Source of the DNA: Raillietiella orientalis
Taxonomy: Eukaryota
Reading direction: 5' to 3'
Length of the DNA stretch: 64,000 nucleotides
Assembly (NCBI GenBank): GCA_036172245.1
Contig: JAYWIR010000010.1
Span: forward strand, 310,001 to 374,000
Below are positions 14,001 through 26,000 of the stretch, piece by piece (position 1 is the first letter of the stretch; each line of letters starts with the position of its first letter). The notes beneath the pieces were generated by a model that saw only the letters and a program-made list of their open reading frames with translations, made no database searches and was not told the DNA's origin. A program made the position numbers and the translations under genes.

Positions 14001-17000
14001 CCCAGGAGCGCGAACCGAACGGAGCACGGCACCTTCCATCCCGCTGCGTGCGGGTCCACACGCGTGACCGAACGGACGACCTCGTTTGCCACCGTATCCA
14101 CAGGGTGAGAGGACGCGGGCGGACGCCACCGCGGGAGCAGAGGACGAAGACGGAGCAGCCGGAGCCCGGGTGGGGGATGCTCCGAAACCGGAATTCCGGC
14201 TCTCTTCCGCATTCCGGGCGGTTTTTCCCGGGGGCTCCACCACCGGAGATGCAGAAGAACTCACTCCCTAAGGAGAGATCCGACCAGTCGGGTCAGAGGG
14301 AACGAAAGGCCAAAGCGTCCCGTGCCTTCGAGGCATGCTTCGGGCATGCCAATCACAACTCCTCCCGGCAAACAGGATGAGCAATCAACTCTCGGATCTG
14401 GAGCATTTGATTCGCAGCACTCCCATGCCTCGCGGGACGAACATCCTGAGACTAACGTGTTGCGTCTTCGTTTCACCTGGAAGGCCTCTTCCTGGAAAAG
14501 AAGCTGCTGCATCTGTCGAAAGCACCGCGACAGCGTTCAAGGCAGCACGCCGCCCCTGCAGAAGGAACCCAAGCGGTCGGTTTCTGCAGCGTTCATCCCG
14601 GGGGATCAAGGACGACGGTGTCCTGCAAGGACCGAAGGTATCGAAACTCCACAGCTGGGCGAAACGATGGCGACGTCCATTATCCAGCACAGCTGGGAGG
14701 TCTGCTAGACACACCGGCCAGACGACCGGTCGCAAAGCCCACAGAACAGCCGGGAGGAGGCCATGACCCACTTTAGATCCTCACAGCGCCGAGACGCGAG
14801 CAAGGAGGCTCGGAGCAGCGGCGAAAATCCCCGGAGCCGAGAGGGAAGGACCGCGGGGCCTCCGCGTAAAAAATGCGCCCGATGCCGTTTGTGTGCAAAT
14901 CAGTGTCGCCACTCAGCCTCCACGTTTGCGCCTCCGCGCCATCCCAAGCGCGCACGATTCCCTTGAATGGTTTCTCAGGAGCTTCGAATCATCTCGCATC
15001 CCGGTTCCACCTCGGAAAGGAATCCCAGCACGAGAGCTGCGTGGAGCCAACGCACGGAATCCCTCGAGGGTGCGAGCGGCTGGGCACTGGATCCCGATTA
15101 GCGGACAGCGCCATTCCGCACGTTCCCAGCACGACCGCATCCGTGCCGCCGCGCCCACCTGGACGCCAGGAGCGCATGCTTCTTGCGGCAGATCCCACCG
15201 AGTGCGGTAACGCAAACTCGAGTGCAGCCGTATGGGGGATCTGGGCGGGGTGGATGATCTGCTAGGCAGCTGTGGAAGCAACCTGCACCTACTTTTTTCC
15301 TGCAAAGATAGTTCGGGCGTAGGCGACAGCATGTCGGGGCTGCGTGCTGCCGCCTACGCAGGCCCCCCACGTACGTTGGAGATAAGCCGATGCGAATATC
15401 CGTGCCGGTCCTACCCAAGACCCCAGCAGTTTGAAAAACACCTCTTTCAATGCGATTGAGAACCGGAGGGCGAGGCAGAAGGGATTTCTTTCGACTATCC
15501 CGTTGAGCAGCGGTCTCGCCTCCGTTCCAGCGCGAGCCGGACCAGGCCGAAGGGGAACCCCCCCCTGGCTACCGTGCGTCTCCTGTCCTTCGCGGCCCAG
15601 AGTGAAAAAGGCCTGAACGCAGATCGATCGGGAAGATGAATCTGCCGACATGGCAACGAGAACCCACGCAAGGAAGTGCGCGCGCGCGGGGGGGGGGAGA
15701 AGGGGGGCATTGCGTGGAAAAAAGCGCGCTGATGTAACCCTGGCGATCATCAGACCGAAACCCTTGAAACCATGAAGAAGAGAGAACCTAGAAGAGGAAC
15801 AGTGATGCAAAATAAAGCAGCGCGGTCAAAGTTTTGCGCCTCTCAGCAAACGTGTGGCACATTCCGTTGAATGCAGGGAACGATTCCAGAAGCGCATCTG
15901 CCCGATCGGTCAGCAACAGCACGCGGTGCGCAGAGGGGACCAACAGTACCTAGGAGACGAGCCCATCTGACATCTGCTTTCTTTTCCCTGCACCCCGCTG
16001 AACTTTCGGCTCCTGTCCCGCTTGTCACTCAGCTCTGAGACTCGCTGCTTTCGAGTGCTCTTCCTGAGGAGGAGGAAAAGGGGTACCGGGGTCTCCGCTC
16101 GGCTGACGAAAGCACCATCGGGCGTCATGCGGCTGAAAGAGAACTTCGTGCCGTTGCCAGCACAGCTCCCCGTCTCTCCAAAGCATGGTGGCACATACCA
16201 CAAACAGATATGCCACTACTTGTCGCATAGCGAGCGCACCCTATCACCTTTTAAAGAGAGAAAAAAAAGGAAAAAGGCTACAAAGAAGACTTGTCGTGTA
16301 AAATTGGTGGATGATGCTGAGGCTGGAAGACCGAAGAAGGGCGGCGTTTATGGTTCCTCGGCGCACGCAGAATAACAATTACCACGAGTGCAAGAGAATC
16401 CGTGAACTATGTGAAGCAAACTGCGACCGGGAGAGTCGGCAGTGTCCCGGGATCGCATGAAGAACAGAAGTGGCGTTCGTCGACTTGGCTCTGCTCTGCC
16501 TCAGCTGTTGGCATTCGACCTCCCAACGGAGGCTGTCTTCTTCCCTGAGGTGATCTCTCTGCGCCTGGACGCGGTGGGCATGCTGGTCCGTCCTTCGAAG
16601 GCCTTTGGTAGGCCCGTTCCTCCTCCGGGTGTGCGGGCGTTCGAGCGTTCAAGTGGAAGGCGGGCTGTGTCCTGCTCTCCCGGGAACGAGCGTCTTCTTG
16701 CGGGTGGCGGAACGGAACGGAGTGGGCGAGCAGTGGCTTCCGTTCTGGAGCTCGCCGCCCACGCCGCGTCTTTCTCCGTGAAGACTCGATCTCCAGCACG
16801 ACAAACCCATGCAACCCTTCTTACCACTGGGTGAGTTGGTGATCATCCCTTTGCGTGACCGAAGAAAGGCCCTTTAGGCTTCTAGCCTGCCTGCCTTACC
16901 CCTCCTCCTACGGGTGCATTTTCTTCTCGACCCACGTTTTCCTCCCTGGTTGCTGGTGCCTCGGTACGCTTAGAAGATACCAATGGAGCGAAGATAACCC

Positions 17001-20000
17001 CCCGCACAGAGGACTGATGAGGTACGCCACCGGAAAGCACCCTTCTTGTGTCTGACGGGAGGGAGGGCGCCTTCCGAGCAGCGAGACGCAGGAGACGAAG
17101 AGGTGCGAGGAGGAGAGTCGGCCTTCGTCCAAGGTCGCGCATTCGAGAGGGGAAGTAGCAGCCTGGCGGCGGGGCCTCCAGCGCGGAGGGCTCACCATCC
17201 CTCGGTGATTGGCCGATCTCGGCCGCAGGTTCGCGGGAGCGAACTCCACTGGCTGGCTGCTGACGAAGTGCTTTCCCGCTAGAGATGCGCAGTGGCGGCA
17301 GAAGCTGCGGAGTGGACCGCACCTTCCCCTTGCCTCACCTCGCGGTCCAGGAAGGTAGACGCTGGACCGTGCTGTGATTCGTCCCGGGGTGACTCCGAGA
17401 GGTGTCCAAGCTCCAGGAGGGCCAACATTTTCTTTCTTTTCACCTCCTTGGATCGCTCCACAGCAGAACCCCCCCCCCCCCTTCTCGGCCTCGCTGCTGT
17501 CGATGCTCATGTTGATCGATATGGGTCCCTTCCTCGTGGCATCCGAGAAGCATTCACAGGATCGAAGCCCTCCCTCCCTCCCCCGCGTACAAGAGTGCCG
17601 TCTCACCAAAGCGTAGGGTGCGCAGTGGAGACCAACAATAGGTCTAAGAGACGAGTCCATTCGTTGGCGCGCGGGATGGGGGGAGGAGAGGTCGGTTTAA
17701 CGCATCTGGTAGGAAAGTGCTCTGATGCACAGCCGGCACTCTCCAAGCGGGAAGACACGCCTCAGAGAATGGAGACCAGAGGCCCCCCCTCCTCTTGCGT
17801 GCAGCCTTCCTCGAGTCAGAGGGGGGGGTGCGCTCGCGCGCCTGCGCGTTTTCAGGCTTCTTCCCGGGGCACCTCAGAGATCTCCCTGGAGGTGCTCTCG
17901 TCCCTCTTCCTAGAGTTGAGAGAATCGCAAAGTCCCTTCCCGCCCCGCTGCTCTTTTCCTCCCGACGGGCCGAGCGGGCGAGCGGTGGCGTGGTGACCGG
18001 CCGGCGTCGCCGCTGCTGCTGCTGCTGCGGACGACGGGCAAGACTCCCGGCTCGGCCGATGCGAGCGCCTTTTCTCTGCGCTCGCACAAAAAAGTTCCCC
18101 TTTTCCAGACACATGCTGTCCACTCATGCTAACATGGGTGTTCCAGTCTCCGACCAGGTGCCGCTCCTGCAACAACACCTGAAACTAAAAGCGCGGAAAA
18201 TACAGCACTCCCGTCTCTTGTTCTTGGCATCGGACAGAGGGTTAGTACTTTCAGCTGTTCCTTCGATGTGCTTGAAGAGAGGTGCGTGCTCCGTGGGTGT
18301 CGGGACGCAGAGGGAGGACGCTGCCTCCTCCGCCTCGAGGCTGCGAGACCGCCTCGGCAAAGCGAAGCAAGAACTCGCGCGTGTCCGGGAGATGGCGGCG
18401 GAACCGGTTGCCAGGCGATGGGGGATCCCGCCTGCCATGGGATGAGAGCGGTGAAGGGGGCCCTCCTTCGGCGCTGTCGTCTTTCGCGAGTGGGGAAGCG
18501 GAGCGGCGGAAGTCTGTGATGGTTCGAGGGACCATCAGGGACTGCGCATCCACAGTCGAGTCGAGAGAGCGAAGGGCGGCGGCAGTCAGGGTCACGAGCC
18601 ATCATACCAAGGCAGCAAAACTCACCAGGGGCCCGGCGCTGCGCGCAGAGCGGAGGGATGATGCGCTTCGGCCAGGAAACACACACCCCGCGCACTAAAA
18701 AAGCTGGGAGGAGACCCTCGGGGAGTCGGCGCTCGAACGGCCAGGGAGAAAGGGGCAGGGGACGCGCCGGAGGAGTGCGAGCTTGCCCGGTTCGGGAAGT
18801 TGCCAGAACCCGGGGAGGAAGGGACAGCAGCGAAAGCGGAGAAAGTGCAGCAGAGACGCGTCTTCTCGGGGATTATGAATCACTTCGAGGGGCGAGAGCC
18901 GGGAGAGAAGGGTTGCTGCGAGGAGGAGAAGCGCGCACTCACGTGGCTGAGAGGGGTCTCGCCTTCCGTTTCTCTGCTTATCTCGGAAAGATCTCGTCTC
19001 GTCGCCTTCCCATCTCCCCGACACTCCGAAGCGAGGAGTGGCGCGGATCGCTTCCGAAGCGACCCGAACTCTTTTGCGGAGCGACCGTACCGCGCGAGTC
19101 GTTTTTGAAGATCGGAAAACTGTGGGCTGCGGGATTGCAGACTTTCGTTGTTGCTGTTAGTACAGAGACGAAGGGACTCTGTGGCGTGGGTCCACCGCCC
19201 CGATCTGAACCCACTGCCTTCCGCGCGGCACCAGGGTTTCCGCCGAGGCAGCCCTCTGGACGAGCCTCGCACTCGCGCAAGGCTGCGGCATTGTCGTGGC
19301 GCAGAGCGCCGTCGGGCACCGGGATTCGAGCCCGCGACCTTCCGCGCGACACCGGAGGTTTTCCCGGTTGCTCCGAACTCGATTTGCTCAATCCCGGGCA
19401 GTGAGCAAGTTTAAAGGTTGGTCTTAACCTTCCTCTGGACACCGGCCATCCAACCTGCGTTTGGTTGCTTGTTCTGGACGGTGCGCCCAGCTGAGGCTCG
19501 CCCATATTGCATGTTGGGCAGTGCCGTCCTCCAGCCGAGCGGGTTCCGTGTATGGTCTCGGAATCTCGAACCCTTGCGGGACGCCGTCCTTCCCATGGTC
19601 TCAAGGACTGATGCCGAGTTTTCCGAGAGTGGAAGAAGCAGCTCGTGATTGGTCGGATGATCTGCCTCTTGCCCTTCGCACGTCTTCTTGAGCACCTCCT
19701 CCTGTGTTCCTTCGAATGGGCGGCAAGCGCCGGGCGTTGCTTGGTTGGTCCCCCGGATTGCGCTCGGCGCCCTCTTAGACTGAAGATCGATCGAGGTGCA
19801 GAGTCGAAGACCTGACATGCGTGCGTGCTGGGCGCGTTCCGTCCGACCTATGGTCCTCACAGCGAAATCCACTTGGACTTCCTGGATGCGGCCGTGGTGC
19901 AGCCACAGGGCCCGAGACGGCACGTGGGAGTTTCCGGAGCGAAAGGAGCGTCCCTCACTCGCTCCTCCCCGTCTGGTGGATCGGGAAGTCCTCGGGAAGC

Positions 20001-23000
20001 TGCAAGCGCGCCTTCCTTTTCCCGCAGGCCACTTCCTCAGCAACTCCCTCAGATGTCCGGGAGCGAAACTGCACGTGTCCTGCTTGGTCCTCCGCACCTG
20101 CTGGATCTTCCGACGGCCTGTCCTGCACGTCTCCCTCCTCCCCTCTTCTCCAGCGGCTCCGGCATCGCGAGCGACTCGGAAGACCAGGAAGCGCTCCCTT
20201 CCTTTGCGTACCCGCGCCGCGCGGCGCGCACTGACCCGGCTGGATGGGCAGCTCACAGCAGGAGCCGCGCTCGACGGGCTCTCATCTGGCACTTCTCGCA
20301 GACCGCTCAGTGGCGGAGGCAGGAGGGGGCGTGGAATCCGCACGCGTATCTATTTTCCCGGTTCCACCACAAGGCGCGGTTCTCGCTGACCGGGGAGGAC
20401 ACCTCCGGCAATGAATCATTGCAGCCGCAGTCGACTTCCGGTTTCGATCTCTGTTTCTTCCGGATTCCAATAGCTGGGGGAGCAGGGGGTGGGTGCTCCA
20501 TGGAGACGCCTGCCCGCCCGACTGCTGGGCAGAATCCCGGTAAATGAAGAGGGTTGCCTCGCCTCCTAGGGAAACCGCGCAAGCATGTGCAGTGGGTTGC
20601 CTGGGGTCTCGAAAACCAGCAAGCAACGCAGAGTTGTGGTTCCGCCGAAGAGACGGGTGGGCGTCCCTGCCCACGCACCCGGCGCTCCTGGGACGCTCGC
20701 TCCAAGAACCAGACGCGCCTTCACCCTCAACGGGGGGCAGCGTGCACTCCTTGTCGGAGGGGCAGACGAGAGATCGAGGCCGGTCCTTCGCTCTTCTGGT
20801 GAACCAGGATGAAACCGGTTCGGATGGAGGCCCGCCTCGCGTTACCTAGGAAAGCTTCTCCTAAGCACAACGCAGGTCTTCTCCCTCCCGGGACCCTCGG
20901 CGTGCCAGGAACGCCACGATGCTCTCCCTCGCGCGGCCCTGGGGACTCCCTTGGAGGGAGAACGGAGGGCCAGCGCCCCGTTCTCCGCCGTGGGCCGTAA
21001 AGGCTCCCGCCGCTCCGACTCCCCGGAGCGGCAGGCCCGGCTTCAGCCCTGGGCCACTTCGTCTGGCTCGATAACCCCCCGTCGTGGCCGGCGGCGCGGC
21101 CCCTGTGCCGGTCCGTAAGCCGGCCCGAGCGGACGGTTCCGCGGCCTGCGCGCGCGTCTCGCGTGCCCCGCGGCGGAAAGGGTGCCTCCCCGAGCCGCGT
21201 TACGAGAATGAGCCGAGGAGAACGGGCCGGGTGGAATCTGCTCTCCTCGTCCATCCGCAGCAGCCCTTCTTGACCGCGTGACCAGGTTGACCACGCTGGT
21301 CGTGACCTGGGTGGCAACGTCCTTCTCGACAGGTCCGCGAGAAGTGCCTCATCCGGTCGGCACTTCTCTCGAGCCGACGCAAGACGCTCGCCAGCGATCA
21401 CGCGGCGCGACCCCTGCGACTCGTCGATCCGGTCAAATCATGGGAAGCGTCTCGGAACGGCGGGTCTCTCTGGCTTCCAGTTCCCGTCCCAATCCGGGAA
21501 TCGCTCCCTGGTCATTTTCCGGAACTGACCTCCGGCTACGTCAGGATGACCCAGGGAAGCCCTTTTCTCGGCTGGTGCGTAAGAAACCCTTCTGGAAAAG
21601 GAGGGTCCTGAGAAAGCAGAAGTCGAGGTGGGACCCTCCCCAAGCTGCGGTCTCTGCGATTAGTTTCCAGGATTGCGAGGAAGCTGCAGTCTCCCTGCCT
21701 CAGCAGGAGGCGGGAACTCTCTTGGAGCGGAGATTCTGAGGGTTCACGCGCTGATGTGGGGAAAAAGGGAGGGGGAGGAGAGACAAGACCCACTTTCCCA
21801 ACGTCCCAGCAGGCTTCGAGAAGGAAGAGCAGCAGCAGCACGCTTTCGCGGCGCGTTCGGAGGGATCCGGGCAGGAAAGGCTCGCTATGGCTTTCGGATG
21901 CACTGCCGAGGTCTCCAGGCATGCCCTGTGCTTTGCCCTAGCGACCGCGGCAGTCACAGGGTCCGCCTACGGAGCGGTGGGATCACACGCACCATGGAAC
22001 CGCGGCCGGAGTCTTCGCCTCTTTTGTCATCATCTCCTTCTACCCTCCGTCAACTTGTCCCGAGATTGTTGGGCCGTTTCCCGAGATCCTCTGCCCTCGT
22101 CCTCATGGGTCGATTCCGCTCCACCTTGGGCTTTCGCGCTCCGGGCGATCCCTTGGTAGAAACGTGTCCCCATCCATGAATCCAGTAGCCATCTGGGTCC
22201 GGCCATATTGGATGCTCTAGGGATGACGCATCATTTGTCTAGCCCTTGCACCACGTCTTCATTTCGGATACCGTCACCCAGTAGGACCCTGACGGTCACC
22301 TCCACGTCCGTAGCCAGCAAGAAGACCTCGCGGTCTCCTACCTTTAGCCTGACGTAGAGGCGGAGGTTACGTTTCTTCCTCCTGTCGTCCATGGCGACGA
22401 CGAGCTTGGGTATCCCAAGCTGCGGAAAGCATCCTGGAAAGGATTGTGCTTGCAGCGACGATTCTCCTCCCAGTTCTCCTAAATCTTCCGCTACTGACGA
22501 ACGAATGGAGAAAGATGGAAAAGGAAAGCGAGTCCGAAGAATCAAAGAAAATCAAGATGATCTCACGGCACCATCACGTGCAAGTAGCAACGTCGTCGAC
22601 GTTTGGGCTGAGAGCTGACATCAAAACAAACCCAGCGGTTAAAAGCCGCGTAATCGTTTGCTGCACCCTGCGTTTGGTTTTGAGCAAATTGGCGTGTGAC
22701 CTGAGGCGCATTTGAAATCGCAAATGCCATTTGGCAGACGCCTCCCGCGAAATTCCCGTGTCTGTCTTCGTCTCCTTCTTCCCTCTTTGCATTCTTCGCC
22801 TCTCGGACTGTAGGCCGCTTACGAATTCTTCGCGTGACGAAAGCACTCAGAAAAAGAAATACTCTGAAAAGATCCAAAACGGCAGGAGCCTCTGTGAGTG
22901 AAGCAAGTGACCAACGAGTTGCGATTTAGAGTGTGGTTTCCTCCTTCTGTTTTCGCTGATGCACGTAAATTTCACATGGGAAAATGTGCCCGCGGACGTC

Positions 23001-26000
23001 GTAATCTACGGCGCGCAAGTTTTCTCATTTGGCCGAGAAATCCAGACAGGACTTTCGGATCTTCCCGATGGGAACCTTTGACACTCTAACCCACTTGCAA
23101 AAAGATACCGTCCAGTAACTTTAGGCTTTGGTTTTCGTGCATATATGTGAGTAACATAATTTATGATGACATGGCGAAGCTTTTATTCCAGGTAATACAA
23201 ATTTCGGTCTCCATAACTACAGGGTGAAACAATTAATCATGGTGTGCGAACCATCTGGATTCATAAGCCAGAATTCAATTAAATCAGTTAAATTTATGAC
23301 TTGAGCATCGTACACCATTTTCGAATAAAGGCAGCCGTGGGCAACCATTTGGTCGCAACGGAAGCACCAGCAACGTGGACGCTTACGGCGTGCCGCCCCC
23401 TCACGTCCTCCCCCATCGACCCATACCAATGCGGGCTTTCCCGTTCCGACCAGCCTTCATTATTTCTCAACCACCTCTTCCAGAAGGTTGTCGAACGCGG
23501 CAGCTCGAGGACGGTCTCCCTGTCCCGAACCTGGGAGCCTTGGAGGTGCCTCCAAGCGAAAACGGGCAATGGCGGCGCATTTTGAGGGTGCCACGGTGGT
23601 GGTTTGCGCCACGGGCGAGTCCTCCGGCAGGCCATCGGCGCATGACCAACCACATCTTTCCGAGGTCCACGTCAGGTGGGGTGGTCCTTCGGGACGAATC
23701 CTTCGCGAGAATCGAAAGGAACGGAACGAACGGGCGTCCGCCTAAGCGCAAATCGAATCGCTCCCACACGGGCACATCTGTATGTAGCTGCGTATTTATT
23801 TTGAAGGGGAAGGTATATACATATGTACACGTTACGTGAACGCACTGCCTTTTGGTTGCAATTTTTCTTTCCTCTCAGTAAGTGATTGCGAAGAAGAGAG
23901 GTATAAGGCGAGCATTAGGTAGTGTTTGTACATGTGCTATTCCTGTGTGCATAATCAATACGAAATGTTCCACGACTAAATGACCATAGTGCCATCACGT
24001 TTACTGCCACCTCATAAGATGGTGTGACCTTAAACAAAGAGTTCATCTCTCTGAAAATCATTGAGAGATCTTAATGAGGAAATCACTGATTATCTCTACA
24101 GTTACGGGGATTCAGTGAGTGGTCATGGCGCCTTCCTCCATGCATGTTTGATGTTGATGTTGTATTGATTTCGTGGCAGAACACGGTCAGAGTTGTGTTT
24201 ATTTTCAGATATCTCTTCACCATTGTCAGCTACCTCATAGGAGTGTTCGTGTTCGCGACCATAGTTGGTGAGTATGTTAATCTTTTAGCAAATCACGGGT
24301 GCTGTCGCGATCGATATAACACTTCTGCAGTTAAAAAGTCGTGAAGCGAGGCAGTAGGTCACTTCGCAGGTCGAAATTCTTTCAAGGAAAATTCACGTTC
24401 GATCACCGCAAATGCAGTGCACAAGCGTAAAAAAAGGGACAGCATAAGGTCGGTGCCGGACAGTGGCGATAGGGATGAATCAGTCTTCGAAGCAATTTGA
24501 AAGATCACGAGAAAGATGATTAGGTGACCTCTAAAGGGACAATTCTCATTTGTGAGTTCACTTTCTGAGTGCTCAACCCCGCTTCTTGAGTACAATTTTT
24601 TCATGCGCTCTTCCCCCCCTCTCTCCCTCCTTTCCTTTCGAAATGCTTGCTTTTCCCTTAATCGCGCGATGCTGAATTCATCAGAGAATGCAGGTTGGGA
24701 GAACACGCGCGTGGCTCGGATGCTGCTGGCGCAAGCAAACCGGGGTTTAGCAGCTCGAAGCTCTCGATTCAAATTTCCTCCCGCCGGAGGGAAAGACGAG
24801 ACGACCGCTCCGCGAACGCACCCGATTCCAGCAGTGGTCCGGTGATGGAACTCGCAAGGTGAGCACAGCCACCCCCTCCCTCTGTTAGCCTAGAGGTACC
24901 GACAGTGCTCATAGTTCCCTGTCGGACGAGGTTCCCGAGAATGTGGGGGCACGCCTATTGGCGGGCGCCCTGCTCCGAAACCTTTGCTGCCCTCGGGAGA
25001 CCCGAACACCAGCCCCTTCGGCCTGGCACTCGCAAAGAGGCCGGGATTTGCGGGACTGCCTGCAGCCGCTGTGGAAGAGGAGGGAGGGATTTTTTTTTTT
25101 CGGATAGGCTTTCTCGGAGTCGTGCTGCTCCACCTCGTCCTCGCGCAGTGTTCCCCAAGGGCTGCGTGGACAAACTAACCTTTGGCGTGCGGTGCGTCTG
25201 TCTTCAAGCAGCTACAACTATCGGCTGCGAGTGACGCAACCGACTGAAGATGAGAGGACCAACTTCGAGCGGTTGGAAATTTCGGTCGTAGCTGCGTCCA
25301 AGCACCCAAGAAACTTGACGAGGATAGGTGGACTGCAGAGGCACTCGGATACTCCACTTTTGGAGCCGAGAAACGCTCGGAGCACACCAGGATGAATGTA
25401 TACCTAAGAAATCGCAAATAAGTACGGCAACCCCTCCGCGCACCAACGCGAAAATTCCCTTCACCGAGCAGGGTGGAGCCCGATCTTCCAAGAGCGGTGC
25501 CACCCGCACAGCGTTCGTGATTTTCAATGCGTTGATGATGAAATGTGCAGAGCACAAAAGTGCACCTTTGTGCTCGCGCGCGCAACGTGCTCCTGCTGTG
25601 CACACTGCTGAATAGGTGTGTCTCTCGAATTGCCGACTAAAGCTCCCTTTCGATCAAAATGCGGGATACACGAGAGTTTTGTGAGCTGAAAGTCTGCACA
25701 TTATGGTGTCATCTTGATCTCCTTATCCTTCGACTGCTCCTCGCGAAGCTGCAAATATCTTCTGCTGAGAGACGAAAATCATCGCGTGTCGCTGGAATCA
25801 CCGAGATCCTCCGTTTCCGTTGCCTGCCGGCGCGTTAAAGTTGTCTGACTTTATTCGTTCCCTGGTGCTGGAGAGCTCCCTCCCTCCCTTTTCCTCAGAA
25901 ATAAAGCCGCAAAAGTTTTTTGATTCTTCCCTGCGTTCTTCATCCACTCGAGCAAATTTTTTTTTTTTTTTTTCCCTTTACGTTCAACGCTATCTCTTCT

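Noticed and set aside
14409..14464. HDV-like ribozyme pattern (cagcac/gtgttg, tccc/ggga, ctaac)
   Set aside because: P1 is bulged and short, L3 is atypical, and there is no P1.1 or P4; likely chance.
17014..17058. Hammerhead-like CTGATGA-ggt..acc-gGAAA
   Set aside because: Extra G before GAAA, imperfect stem III/UH junction and no stem I complementarity.
13800..19400. Numerous long Arg/Pro/Gly/Ser-rich ORFs as nested genes
   Set aside because: Overlapping in all six frames with composition dictated by GC content; at most faint TE motif ghosts.
23218..23226. TACAGGGTG, resembling a Tc1/mariner TIR start
   Set aside because: No matching inverted end found downstream.
23375..23839. Repeated 154-224-aa ORFs in the R1 copies as a protein-coding gene family
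   Set aside because: Several frames on both strands are open because of high GC, the starts differ between copies, and no domain is recognisable.
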